Assembly (NCBI RefSeq): GCF_009914755.1
Contig: NC_060942.1
DNA from: the human T2T-CHM13v2.0 reference genome, Homo sapiens
DNA: 64,000 nucleotides
Direction: 5' to 3' (one strand)
Part shown: positions 12,455 through 25,998 of the stretch, piece after piece
Numbering within the stretch: position 1 is the stretch's first letter
How the letters are laid out: every line of letters starts with the position of its first letter
Translations under genes and position numbers: made by a program
The notes under the pieces: generated by a model
Told to the model about the DNA's origin: nothing
Database searches by the model: none
What the model saw: the letters and a program-made list of their open reading frames with translations, nothing else

Positions 12455-13700
12455 TGATAATAAAAAAACGAAACTCTGTAAAATACTTAAAGATTTTTAT
12501 TCTGAGCCAATGTAAGTGACCAATTGCCTGTGAAAGAGTCTCAAGAGTTCCTGAGGAAGGACACCAAGGTGGTTATGTTGCAGTTTCATTTTATACATTT
12601 TAAGGGGGTGAGAACTATAGTCAAAGACATAAATAAATACATGGAAACTTTACATTGGTTTGGGTGAAAAGGTGGGGCATCTTGAAGTGGAGGCTTACAG
12701 GTCACAGGTGGAAAGATTTTCTGATTGGCAATTGGTTAAAAAAGTTGATCTTTGTCTAAAGATTTGCAGTCAGTAGAAAAAAGTATTTCTGTTAACAAAA
12801 GGAGGGTTGTGGAGGCCAAGGTTCTTACTATGTAGATGGAACCTCATAGGTGACAGTCTTCAGAGAGAAAACACAGAGTAAGTGTCTCTTTTGGGACCTT
12901 AACATGTGTTAGGCTCTTAGATCCAGGAACAGGCTGGAGAGGGAAAACCTGGCTGTATTAATGGAGATTATCTACAGTACAATTTCCCTGCACAAGACAG
13001 CTTTGCAGGATCATTTCAAAATATGTCAAATAAACATATTTTCAGGTAAAATATTTTTTATTTCCTTCAGGGTTTGTTCATTGTCATGTGATGTTATACC
13101 ACTTTGGAATTTTCTACCTTATTGCTGCAAAGTCTCTTTTGTTGGTCTTACGTACTCCATTTTAATGTTAATGCTGGTCAGTTGTGCCTAAACTTTAAAA
13201 GGAAGGCGGTATAACTACATACATCTGACCACTCTTCCTGTCGTGTCCAGGAATTCAGTTTTTCAGGTTTCTCTGGGGTCCACTTGGCCAAAAGGAGGTC
13301 CATTCAGTCAGCTTGTTACTGGTGAAGGGTGCCCAGGTTCTTGACATTTTGAACGAAAAATTGGACAAAACGTACAAACAAAGCAAGCAAAGAAGGAAGC
13401 AACAAAAGCAGATATTTCTTGAAAATGAAAGTACACTCCACACGGCGGGAACGGGCCCAAGCCCAGGGGCTCAAGATCTCATTACAGAATTTTCTGGGGT
13501 TTAAATACCCTTTAGAGGTGTCCACTGGTTACTTGGTGTACACCCTATGTATATGGAGAGGATATTTCCTGTCATAGCTGAAGTGTTTCCATTTGGTTTA
13601 GCTTTAGGAAGTCAGCATGAATTGGCCTTATGTTCTCTGCCGCCAGACCCTATTCTCCTGCCTCAAGCTGGGCAGCATATAATTTTATTTTTTGTTTACA
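12455..13700 (-). mobile_element. MER4-group ERV1 solo LTR (MER4D/E-like), interrupted by a second LTR
   Basis: Minus strand starts TGTAAACAAAAAATAAAATT and continues CTGAATGGACCTCCTTTTGGCCAAG...CCTGAAAAACTGAATTC; near-TSD CATC (12451-12454)/TATC (13701-13704). Confidence 0.8.
13314..13665 (-). mobile_element. ERV1 solo LTR of the MER51/MER57/MER61 group nested in the MER4 LTR
   Basis: Minus strand TGAGGCAGGAGAATAGGGTCTGG...CAAGAACCTGGGCACCCTTCACCAGTAACA; perfect 4-bp TSD AGCT at 13310-13313 and 13666-13669. Confidence 0.88.
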
Positions 13701-14924
13701 TATCTATTTAAAGACAGAATTAATTTCAAATGATTCTGGTTATTAAGGTAAAATTCAAAGGCCCCCACTTCTAGATTTATATATGCACCAAAGGCTATGC
13801 TGAGAACAAAATGATAGCAGTGCAACCCCAATCTATGTGGCCTGATTTCATACATGAAAGACAACTCTCTCCTGTAAAACACACCCTCATCTGCATAGCT
13901 GATGCCTGAGATTCCTTTAACTGGGACAGATAGTACTTTATTCCACAATATCACTAGAAGCTAAAAACACAAGTATTTCGGAGAGGTAACTCATTGATTT
14001 ATATTTATTCTATTATGTAAATGACTGAGATCAAATCCCTTCTTGCAAGGAGGTTTTGTTATAAGGGAATTACAATTCTGAAAAGGAACAAAAGTGACTG
14101 TTCCTGAGGGAGGTGAAGTTGTTAAGCAAGGGAAGGCAGATCACTCAAGGCCATTGTTCTCAGCTTCAATATTTTGCCTAAGGCCACCTTGATAGCAGCA
14201 CTGCTTTCATATACATTCTAAAGAAGTAAGCTCTGTTGTTGTTTGAAGCTGAGGAAGCAGACTGATAATAAAAGGACCATATTCTCCATCTCGATTCGCA
14301 ATATCTAATACCTATTACTATTTCTGCCTAGCAGTTGAAGCACTCTTTTCCCAGGAACAGACGGGAAAAATGAGGAGGGAGTTGCTTCAATGTCTGCTTA
14401 ATTCTTCCTTTCCCTGCTTTCCCTAAAAAAATAAGCAAAAAAAAAAAAAAAAAAAAAAAAAAATCGGAATCCAGGAGAATAATGGATATATTATCCCCAT
14501 ATCCAAACACTTTGAAAATATTCAAATGCGATTCTGTGGTCTGCATAGATAAAAACTTGCTTGGGACTGTGAAATCTTCACTCAGGGTTGAGGAGAAAAA
14601 AAAACAGTGTACTTTAGTTGTTATTGTAAACGCAAGTTAATTATTTAATTAATTGATGTTTAAGGAGCACTTGCCAAACATTTTTTTTCCTGCTTAAGTG
14701 CTACTTTATTCTACTAAATGGGTGCCAGTAGTTCATGTATTATTGCTTTACAATAGCAAAATCATGTAGAAAAACTGGCTAACATTTTACAAGTAGTAAA
14801 TACAATTATTATTTCTCCCATCAACTAGGAAATGAATTGAAGAAACAACATTCCTATCATTTCTAGGAATTACGTAGCCTTTGTGTTATTTTATCTTAAT
14901 TTTAAACTTACTTGGCCAAAGTGA

Positions 14925-15248
<324 letters not shown>

Positions 15249-15261
15249 TAGTCTCGAACTC

Positions 15262-16062
15262 CCCCCTGAACTGACAGAGCATGAGCATCGACATTTTGCA
15301 CAAGCACCACCATTCTATAATTCCCCTCCATCAAAAACTGCCTAAATCCAAACAGCATCAGTCTAATGGCTAAGGTCAGCGTGACCATAAACCACAAATA
15401 ACATCTCTGACCGGAAACATTTCAACCATAAGATAAACCCGTCCCTGACCAGAGACATGCCAGCCCCAAGATAACCTCCCCTCCAGCCAGAGAGATGTCA
15501 GCCCCAAGATAACTTCCCCTCTGACCAGAGACATTCCAACCCTGACATAAACTTCTCCCCCATACAGAAACATTCCAAGCTTGTGATAAGCTCTCTCACC
15601 CTAAAAAAAACAATAAATACTCAGTCCATAAGAGAGAGGGCTCTGGACAGAAATCAGCCAGAAGCCCCCCTCAGGTTTATTCTCCAAAATACACCTGTCG
15701 GCGGGGTGCGGTGGCTCATGCCTGTAATCCCACCACTTTTGGAGGCCGAGGTGGGCAGATCACGAGGTAAGGAGTTTGAGACCAGCCTGACCAACATGGT
15801 GAAACCCAAACTCTACTAAAAATACAAAAATTAGCCAGGCGTGGTGGCGCATGCCTGTAGTTCCAGCTACTCCAGAGGCTCAGTCAGGAGAATTGCTTGA
15901 ACCCGGGAGACGGAGGTTGCAGTGAGCCAAAATTGCACCACTGCACTCCAGCCTGGGTGAAGGAGTGAAACTCACTGTCAAAAAAAAAAAAAAAAAAAAT
16001 ACACCTGTCTCTGAATGTTGAGCCACGTTTCGTGTTTCTTTCCTCTTTCTTTAACTCTTACA
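15262..16062 (+). mobile_element. MER50-like ERV1 LTR, 5'-truncated, itself interrupted by an Alu
   Basis: ~38-bp internal repeats (CCAGAGACATGCCAGCCCCAAGATAACCTCCCCT), AATAAA, terminus TTTCTTTAACTCTTACA; only ~490 bp remain. Confidence 0.8.
15700..15995 (+). mobile_element. Alu, AluSg-like, nested in the MER50-like LTR
   Basis: GATCACGAGGT diagnostic 2-bp deletion, poly(A), perfect 14-bp TSD AAAATACACCTGTC at 15686-15699 and 15996-16009. Confidence 0.96.
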
Positions 16063-16261
16063 CTGACCTCAGGTGATCTACCTGCCTCAGCATCCCAAAG
16101 TGCTAGGATTACAGACATGAGCCATCATTCCCAGCCAACTGTTCTCAAATCTTGACTATTGTGTTATGATTCTTCCCAATCCTAATCAGATTCCTGTACT
16201 GATAGATGCATGATAAAGCAAATATCCAAATCTCAATAAATTCTGACCTCATCTTCCCCAC

Positions 16262-16411
16262 CCTGAGACACTCCTTTGTTTTGGAAGGCAGTAAACTCAG
16301 CTTTGTCTCATCAACAGGCTGAGTTGGAATGAACCCCTGTGGAATAGCATGATGAAAGTCATGAAAGCAGAAAGTACATGGAATGTTTAAAAAAAGACAT
16401 GTAATATATTT
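16262..16411 (+). repeat. 150-bp dispersed direct repeat, copy 1 (copy 2 at 19332-19481)
   Basis: Gap-free manual alignment, 141/150 identical. Confidence 0.97.
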
Positions 16412-17354
16412 TGGCAAAAATGTAAATTGCCTGGGAATAGTTACAGAAATGGAAAAGCTAAGGTAGGATCATACTGAAAAGCATTTTAAAGCTTGGATAT
16501 TTTTAGACCTATACTCTCTCACGAAGCCTTGCCAATACTTAGGGATATCTTGGCAAATTGATGTCTGTGACAGATTAGTAGGAATTGTATTAATCAAAAT
16601 TTAAAAAAATGTAATTTCCAAAAAGGAAAAAGTTGATTTAAAGTTTTTCATCTTATTTTGCATTGTTCTATTTTTTCTGGGCCACCCACCCAGTAATTTG
16701 GTAATAATTCTTTCATGAATTGCTGATGTAGACAGTGCAGAACAAAAGAAAAAATCTTTTGAGCAGATATAGTACATGAAGACCCCAATTTTTCTGAAAC
16801 TGCAGGAGAAAAGGTGCTGATATATTAGAATTTATATGCCTGTGGACTGGAAGATAAGAAAATCTTATTGAATTTCCCATCTGAAATTTCCAGTACAGTC
16901 TTTTAGTCTACTGTATTCACAAAGAAAAAAAAAGTTTGATTGCACATGGTGCCATGCTAGTCATAACACAAAGAAAAATATTAGATAAATGTTTATTCTT
17001 TAAGTTCTGACAAGAATGCATGGCCTTCCAAAGAAATCTGCTTAGAGCACGCAATGAGAAAAAGATTGTCAGTTATTTGAATAAAGGGACCACTGCCAGC
17101 ACTCTCTCTCTATCTCTCTTTCTCTCTCTTTGTCTGTCCCTTAGTTATTAAGAAGGGCCAGGCTGGATGACAGCAACTACGTTGGCATGTCTTCATGACA
17201 CAACAGTAAGTTTATGTCCACTCTCTGGAGACTTTTGACCAAAATTATTCAAACAGTCAAACACAAGAGCGTCAGTATTCATTCTGCCTGGATTACCTCT
17301 GTATTCTACACCCCAGGCATGGCACCATGAACAAAATAAGTTCCAATTAAAATC

Positions 17355-17429
17355 TATAGATAGATAGATAGGTAGGTAGATAGATAGATAGATTTTATAT
17401 ATATATAAAATAAAATTATATATAACTTC

Positions 17430-17477
<48 letters not shown>
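17355..17477. repeat. (TAGA)n and (TA)n microsatellites
   Basis: Direct reading. Confidence 0.95.
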
Positions 17478-17479
<2 letters not shown>

Positions 17480-18266
17480 GATCACACAAATAAAGACGTT
17501 TACTCTATACCAGAAGACATAATTGATATGATCACAACAAAACGAGAAGCGGATAGAGTTAGTTCTTCTCTCTTTTCAGGCTGTCTCTCCCTAACAGGCC
17601 CAGTGTTGTCCTACTGCACCTGAGTACCTAAACCCCTATCGGCTCTAACCTTCAGGTTTAATTTTAGTCAGGTCACTAATGATAAACTAACATGTTTTAA
17701 CACTAATGAGTTAATGGCTGATCATGACACTATCCCCTACTTGGGATATTGGTTTGATTAAAAAATGTTTGTTAGCCAATGGTATAATTTAATCTTATGT
17801 ATCAGAAAGAATGATGCTGGAAGAAGAGACTTTGGGGGTTGCAATTATTTCTGCAAATTTTCAATCTATACTTCCATAATGTAATGTAAGTATACACTAT
17901 AATATATATGTGAGAAATTGGCAAATCTCACATGTTCTTTCCATTCAGGTCTTATATATATAACACTGTGTGTCATAAACTGAAAATATACATACATATA
18001 ACATAATATAGGCATACTATGACAAAGCATATATGCAAAAAAATTAAAAATATATATGATCACATCACCTAGAAAACATTACTTCCTTTAAATAAAAGAT
18101 TAAAAAGTAAGACTCCTTTTGGAGATTGTACTCTAGGATTAAGAAGGATATAATCTTTAAGTATGATAATTAGTATTTAGACAAGGTCAATACTTAAAAT
18201 AATATATAAATGAGTTAGCAGCAGTTTTATTTAGAGATGTCTCTATCTTCAAAATATTCCCCTTGA

Positions 18267-18563
<297 letters not shown>

Positions 18564-18629
18564 TTCTCCTTCATTAGGCACTAATTGATATTTCTTCCAC
18601 AAACAAAGACAAATTAGATTCTACATCAT

Positions 18630-18845
18630 CAATAAAGTGTTTGTTAATCTTCCTGTCAGAAGTACTCTTCCTACCACATCTCATAGCGTTTTCTTTTGTA
18701 TCACTATCATTGCATTAATCACATATGTCCTTGTGTATGTTAAAGGAATTGGATATGTGTCTTATCTTTCCCATTCAATAGTATCTTGAAAGGATCTCTG
18801 TACCTATTGATTAAGTTTTCAATATAGTTGAGTTGAATTGAATCA
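18630..18845 (+). mobile_element. L2 3' fragment
   Basis: Ends CAATATAGTTGAGTTGAATTGAATC, resembling the L2c terminus. Confidence 0.4.
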
Positions 18846-19009
18846 CAAACCAGTGGCAAACTCATGTAATGCTAACTCATTGCAAGGCAAAACTTTTAGT
18901 GATATTTATAATACAGAGAGAATGTATTTCCAAAAAATATACATAGTTTGTATATCAATGTGTATATAATTTATTTCCTGTAACAAAATCATGAATTATT
19001 ACTAACTCT

Positions 19010-19130
19010 TTTTATATTTGGAGGAACTGAGGTGGTGAGAAGCTAAGTGAGTTGGCTCTGCTCATGTAGTCAGTAGGGGCCAATGCAGAATTTGAAACAG
19101 GGAATCTTTTCTTAGAGTGAACACTATGTT
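19010..19130 (-). mobile_element. MIR
   Basis: GGAGGAACTGAGGTGGTGAGAAGCTAAGTGAGTTGG...CAGAATTTGAAACAGGG matches the reverse MIR core. Confidence 0.7.
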
Positions 19131-19331
19131 TTACTGACTGTTATATGACATCAACAACCAAAAATACATCCAGGAATTTACATAGCTTTTAATTCTGTAA
19201 TTTTCTTCTTTGTTTATATGTATTCTTATTAATTCTTTTCTATACTTATTTATGCATTTATCTATCTACTTATCTATATTTATATATGAAGTCCTAATTA
19301 CAAATACAAGTACATTGTAAAATATTAATAT

Positions 19332-19481
19332 CCTTAGACATTCCTTTGTTTTGGAAGGCAGTAAACTCAGCTTTGTCTCATCAACAGGCTGTGCTGGAAT
19401 GAACCCCTGGAGGATAGCATGATGAAAGTCATGAAAGCAGAAAGCACATGGAATGTTTAAAAAATGACATGTAATATATTT
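19332..19481 (+). repeat. 150-bp dispersed direct repeat, copy 2
   Basis: 94% identical to 16262-16411, offset 3070 bp. Confidence 0.97.
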
Positions 19482-19674
19482 CTATGAAAATAAGAAATCA
19501 ATTTCATAGACTGTCAATGCCCTCTAATCTTATCTAGGAGAAATAGTCACTATTAATAATTAAGTGTATAATCAAGCCTTTGTATGCAGAGGCTGTACAC
19601 CTGAGAGGTGTAGAGGAATTTTGATTGCAATATAACAGTAGAAACTACATAAATGCCATTTGAAGGAATGGATT

Positions 19675-20225
19675 TGTGATGGTTAATATTGAGTGTCAAC
19701 ATGATTGGATTGAAGGATGCAAAGTATTGTTCCTGGGTGTGTTTGTGATGGTGTTGCCAAAGGAGATTAACATTGGAGTCAGTGAGCTGGGAAATGCAGA
19801 CCCGCCCTCAATCTAGGTGGGCACCATCTAATCAGCTGCCAGCACGGCTAGAATAAAGCAGGCAGAAGAATTTGGAAGGACTTCATTTGATGAGTCTTCT
19901 GGCCCTCATCTTTCTCCAGTGGTGGATGCTTCCTCTCCTCAAACATTGGACTCCAAGTTCTTCAGCTTTTGTACTCTTGGACTTATACCTTGGACTTGGA
20001 CTTACATCTTGAACTTGGTTTACCAGGGGCTGAAGGCTGCGCTGTCGGCTTCCCTACTTCTGAGGTTTTGGGACTTGAACTGGCTTCCTTGTGCTTCAGC
20101 TTGCAGATGGCCTATGATGGGACTTCATTTTGTGATCATGTGAGTTAATACTCCTTAATAAACTCCCCTTCATATTTACATCTATCCTATTAGTTCTGTC
20201 CGTCTAGAGAACCCTGACTAATACA
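19675..20225 (+). mobile_element. MLT2A-type (MLT2A2-like) HERV-L solo LTR, complete
   Basis: TGTGATGGTTAATATTGAGTGTCAAC...GAGAACCCTGACTAATACA; perfect 5-bp TSD GGATT at 19670-19674 and 20226-20230. Confidence 0.93.
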
Positions 20226-20267
20226 GGATTAATACATTGAGTTTAATCATAATAGAATGCTGTATAT

Positions 20268-20490
20268 TTCTTAGTTTGGGTATCCCAGGAAGCATATCCT
20301 GAAAATGGAATTAGCAGTTTCTTATGAAATTAATCCCAGAAAGCTGGATTGAGGGATCAGGAACAGTGGCCCCAGGAAGGAGTAAAGGTCAATAGAGTAC
20401 ATTAATGAGCTGTTTACTACTGCAGGCAACTAGGGCTTATTCCCCTTGGAGACACTCCAGGCAGCTGTGTAGAATGGCTTTCAGAATTTC
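20268..20490 (-). mobile_element. LTR16/LTR33-like ERVL LTR fragment
   Basis: TCTTAGTTTGGGTATCCCAGGAAGCATATCCTGA resembles the reverse of the LTR16/33 3' terminus. Confidence 0.5.
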
Positions 20491-20537
20491 AGTAGTGAAG
20501 TTCAATTCATTCCTGTATTAAAGAAAGACTGATATCA

Positions 20538-21135
20538 GTTCAACAATTATTGAAAGCAGTATAGCAACTCCTCAAGAAGTTAACAACAGTATTACCATTC
20601 AACGGAGCAATCCCATTGCTAGGTATATACCCAAGGGAATATAAATCGTTCAATCAAAAAGACACATGTACACATATGTTTATTGCAACACTATTCACAA
20701 TAGCAAATACATGAAATCAACCTAAAGGCCTACTGATGGAAGACTGGATATAAAGAAAATGTGGTACATATACCATGGAATACTACTCAGGTATAAAAAA
20801 ATGAGATAATGTCCTTTGCAGAAATGTGGATAAAGCTAGAGCCTATTATCTTTAACAAACTAATGCAGGAACAGAAAACCAAATGCCACATGCTGTCACT
20901 TATAAATGGGAGTCAAATGATAAGAACACATGGATACACAAAGGAGAACAACAGACATTGGGCCCTAGTTGGGGGTAGAAGGTGGGAAGACAGAGAAGAT
21001 CAGAAAAAAATAACTATTGGGTGCTTGGCCTAGTTCCCAGGTGATGAAGTAATCTATACATCAAACCTTTGTGACATGAGTTTACTTATATAACAAATCT
21101 GCACCTGTACCCCTGAACCTAAAATAAAAAATTAA
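20538..21135 (+). mobile_element. L1 3' end (L1PA15/16-like), 5'-truncated
   Basis: ORF2 C-terminal remnant (MSFAEMWIKLEPII...KTKCHMLSLING) plus 3'UTR ending CTGTACCCCTGAACCTAAAATAAAA. Confidence 0.9.
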
Positions 21136-21441
<306 letters not shown>

Positions 21442-24400
21442 TTAAAAACCCTGCATTCATGAATATATTTTTTGTGGCATAAAAAATCTCATGGACGTGA
21501 AGGGGTGGCAAGTTTCAGATGACCATGTTTTATTCCCACCTAATTAACTCTTTTGACCTTGCCCAATGTCCACCTGTCAGTCACCTTGCCTTGCACAACA
21601 AAGGGTTTCAATAAATACATCAATACCTCGATAAGGAAGTAAACAAATGTAGTGCATAATATAATTTCACATTCACATTATTTAACAATACAGATGACCA
21701 CTGAGAGTTGCCTTGGAATTTCCTTTGGATTTATTGTAGCCACTGATCAAGGCCGCTCTACTTACCTAAACTGCGGCTTCTAGAGCCTGAATGCATTTAT
21801 GTTAACATAAGATTCTTTGAAATTTTAGCAACATGATAATTCTGACAAATAGGAGATCATTGAAAGAGAACATGCCATTATGTTGTCATGAGAAACAAAG
21901 ATATGAATGCCTCCCAGGTGAGAGCAGGGAGGATCCTTTGATGAAAGTCAGGCTTCATTGCCACTAGGTAAATAAATGAATCTCAGCTCCAGTCCTCCCT
22001 CACTTAACTCATGAGTGATGAGCAAACACAAATATCAAATTCCTTTTAGATTGCTTCTCAGTCTACCAGAACATAATCTCTGATACTTCAATGTTTTATA
22101 ATCCATATATTTTATTTTACTTTTTGATGTGATCTTGTGATCTAGACACTGTTCCTGACTTATCGTCTCAGTCCTCCCTATAAATTGAGTCCACACTGTT
22201 CCTGTTGGAAAGACATTCATCTATATCAAATGAACACTTCAATAAGATGTTCCCATTTCATTTTCAGCTGATTTAAACCAGCAGCTGGGCTCCAATTTGC
22301 AAGTTGAATTTGCCTGCTCTAAAATGCCACAGCCACAAACTAATACAAAATTTGCTTTCCTTAATTCTCCTAGGATTTGATATCTTGCAACAGGAGGCTG
22401 GGTAAAGGAACATTCATATTTATTTCTTGAAGGACTGGAAAATTATCTTCCCTTAAAAATGGAGAACAATTTCAAGTGATGTGCATGCATGTATAAATTT
22501 AAACTGCATATGTACACCCAGAATAAAATCACACAAGGCAAGATGATTATGTTTTATAATTGAAGGTTTTGCATTGAATGTATTTCCCTACATCATATTT
22601 ATGATATTTAAAATACCAAAATCCAGAAAGCCTGCATAAGTAGACAAGTCATAAAAAGAACATATTTTTTAATATAGCAAAATGTAAACAGCATAAAGCT
22701 TCTCAACCATTTTTAATATCCTACATATTAACAGTTACCTAAGGAATAATAAGTGGCGGAATGTTGTTCGTATTTACATTATTTTCATTTAAAAATTCCA
22801 AATTTAAATGTAAATACTCATTATTGGACAAATGAACAAGTGGAAAGTTTCAGTAGGATACTGTCAGTATGTATTGAGGCTTTTTTTTTTTACAAGTATT
22901 ACTTGTTGAAATTATTTCTTATATGGTATTTATGTAATGAAGAAGTAAAATATTTTTAATTAAACACTGTAGGAAAAGAAGGATATATTACTTATTATGA
23001 GACACATCATTATTTTTACACAAAATATTTTAAAAAGATAACTGTTGAAGACAATTGTTAAGATTTTACTGATTTCATGATCTTTCTCATAGTTGTCTTA
23101 GCACAGTACAATATTCAACGTAATGCTTGGGCCTCATTTGGTGATGTCACTGGCACACCACCGACAATAGGATGGACAGCTTTAGTAACAGTCTGAGACA
23201 CAACAGAATTTTTCTCACTTCCTCATTCACTCCTGCCAATATCATCCTTCCTCCTCTCTCTAGTACTCCGATGTCAACAAAAGAACAAAATCGCTTATGA
23301 ATCCCTCTTAAACAATGAAATTAGTTCATATGAAAAGAGAATGTCATCGCATAAATTGTTCATGCATGTATGCTCAACATTTTTAAACATTTTAGAGCTG
23401 ACTTTCTTGATTTGTTTGAACATAACAAATTTTGCTAAGCTCTAGACTTGTAAGCACATACTAACAAATTTTAAATATTTTAATTTTCTGGATTATTGCA
23501 TAGACAAAAAAGGTAGGTCTTTATTTTTTTCTTGAATTTCTGCTATTCCACTTCAGTGGCATTAAATCATTTTTTTCCTCTAAAGTAGTTTTGAATACAA
23601 TATTTCTATCAATATATGTGACTCTAAAATTAATAATGTATATTTAAAATCATGAAAAAAGTGTCATTGCCAACCTTCAATAATTATTGTAACTATATAT
23701 TCCTACTAACAAATTTTTCACTAAAACTTGAATTGTTTCATATTTATGAGCTTATTGATCCAGCCACCTGGATTTCTATTACTACTTATAATAATGATTT
23801 ATTATATTTTTAAGAAAAATAAATAGAGCCACTAAGACCGCATCCTTGGTTCATCAAGTAAGCATATTTCCACTAAATAGTGGGAACTGGATTTGGGGAA
23901 AACTGGCAAGATCATGTTGTGAATAAGTTAAGAAAAAAGTAAGATTAAGTGGGTTTCTTAAAAAATGTTATTAACACCAAAAAAAGTTGAGGTCATCTGG
24001 AGGGCTACAGGAAGAGTCTTCTTCAGCACTTTGTCAACTCGTGTTAGGAGTAACTGTCTCAGAGGGCAGAAGTGATAGCCTGGCATTTGGAGAGGAAATA
24101 TGCAAAGATTGTATAACCTTGGTAGTGTGACAACCTTCCCAGCCTAACTCCTTTTCTCCCAGCTCGCCCATCTCTACGGCAGAGTCCTCTTCACCTCTAT
24201 CTGTGTGTAGCCCTTGAGTTAAACTGCAGAATGTAAGAAGCCAGATGTCAGTGAAACTGGAACATCATTTCTAGCATAAATTATGTCATTCACCCAGGTT
24301 TATATAATTAGACATTATGTTGCTTCCTAAGAGGTCTCAAATCTGACTTATTAAGCCCCCGAATGCTAGTTTATTATTTTAAATATTTGGGCTTATTCAC

Positions 24401-25621
24401 ATAGCTTCTTTCTTTTAAAGAAAATGCAAAATGCCAAGGTGGACTTGTGGGAGCCTCCCAGTACCAGATAACCTGCTATATGTAAAACCAGGGTGCTTTG
24501 CTTCTGAGCAAAGATTTATGAATCTAAACTAGCTTCAGCCCCTCATCTGAACAGAAGAACTCAGATAATCGCCACTTCACAGGCTTTGCAAAGACACTTC
24601 AGATTCACCGGGTAAAGTTTTCTTGCACATTGCATGGACTCAATAAAAGAACAGTATTTTATTTTCTTGTCCTTCTTTGAAGTAAATGACTTCGACAGCA
24701 AGCCAAGCTATGGGTTAGAAAGTATTTAGCATTGCCTTCAACGGCTACATTTTAATAAATTCCATTAGTAAAATGTCTGCATACCAGCAAAACCTACAGA
24801 GATTTTGCCACTGAAATATGAAGAACAGAAATGTCTCTGAAGTAGAGAACTGAAGAAACTACTAGGCATTGTCAATAATCACATGCTACATCATCACAGT
24901 ATCATGTGACTGCATTACATATAACTTAAAATGCATTTTTTTATGATACTGGTTTATGTAGGCATTCTGTAGTTTTTAATACAGAATTAGACATCAGTAT
25001 CCACTATCTACACCAAGTCACTGTGCCAGGTCATTATTATATTTAAAACTGCGCAAACAGAGACAGTGAGCCTAATATACATAAAATAATTAGTAAACAT
25101 TTGTCTAATTAGCTAAAATACATATTCAATAAGGCAATACTCTGGTATTCCTCCCTGGGAAATTGGAATGAAATACATTCTTGTAACTTTAAAAATATCA
25201 TCACATAATAAAACAATATGTTGAGTTCAGAAAGAAACAAAACTTTTAATATTTCTTTAGTAGAGAGATCATGGAGCTAGTGGATATGCAGTATGTTAAA
25301 GCTCACTTTGTCCAAGACTTCTGTTTCATCAATTTAGAAACATAAACAAAATAACTAAAGTCCTAGCTGTCAAGATATCACTAATAAGTAATTCTGGCAC
25401 CAATAATCATCTTTTCCAAATGAGTTAATATAAGAGATCTAATGAACATTAGACTTTTATTGGCTACTGTGCTCAAGTAAATTATAAATAAGAGTTTAGG
25501 AAAAGATGCTGCTTGTATATGTATATGTGTTTGTATATATGCATATGTGCATAGACATCTGCCACTCTTTGTAATAAGAGAATATAGACATAATTATTTG
25601 CGATATTTAAAAGCATATTTT

Positions 25622-25881
25622 GTTTGGGAAGTGCAGTGGCATGAATGTAGCTTGCTGCAGCCTCAACCTCCTGGGCTCAAGTGATGCTCCTACCTCAGCA
25701 CCCCCAAGTAGCTGAGACTACAGGCACGAGCTACCACACCTGGCTAATTTTTGTAATTTTTCGTAGAGATGTGGTTTCTCCATGTTGCCCAGGCCTGTCT
25801 CGAACTCCTGAACTCAAGCGATCAGCCTGTCTCGGTCTCCCAAAGTGCTGGAATTACAGGCATAAGCCACTGAGCCTATCC
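25622..25881 (-). mobile_element. Alu, AluJ-like, lacking ~30 bp of 3' end and most of the tail
   Basis: CAGCCTCAACCTCCTGGGCTCAAGTGAT; degenerate TSD AAAAGCATATTTT/AAGAGCATGTTTT. Confidence 0.92.
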
Positions 25882-25998
25882 AAGAGCATGTTTTTACATA
25901 AGAAGTGTAACAATTATCTCAATATGTAAAAAAAAAAAAAGATCGTAGTAAAATATATCTGTTGCTTTCCTACTTAATTAATATTCTCTCCATACTCC

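Noticed and set aside
14437-14463. Isolated poly(A) run as a processed pseudogene tail
   Set aside because: No TSD, upstream ORF or SINE body identified.
15410-15580. ~38-bp periodic repeats resembling a CRISPR-like array
   Set aside because: Degenerate tandem units internal to the MER50-like LTR, with no unique spacers and a eukaryotic context.
17565-17580. Strong plus-strand acceptor TTCTTCTCTCTTTTCAG
   Set aside because: No good donor within typical exon distance.
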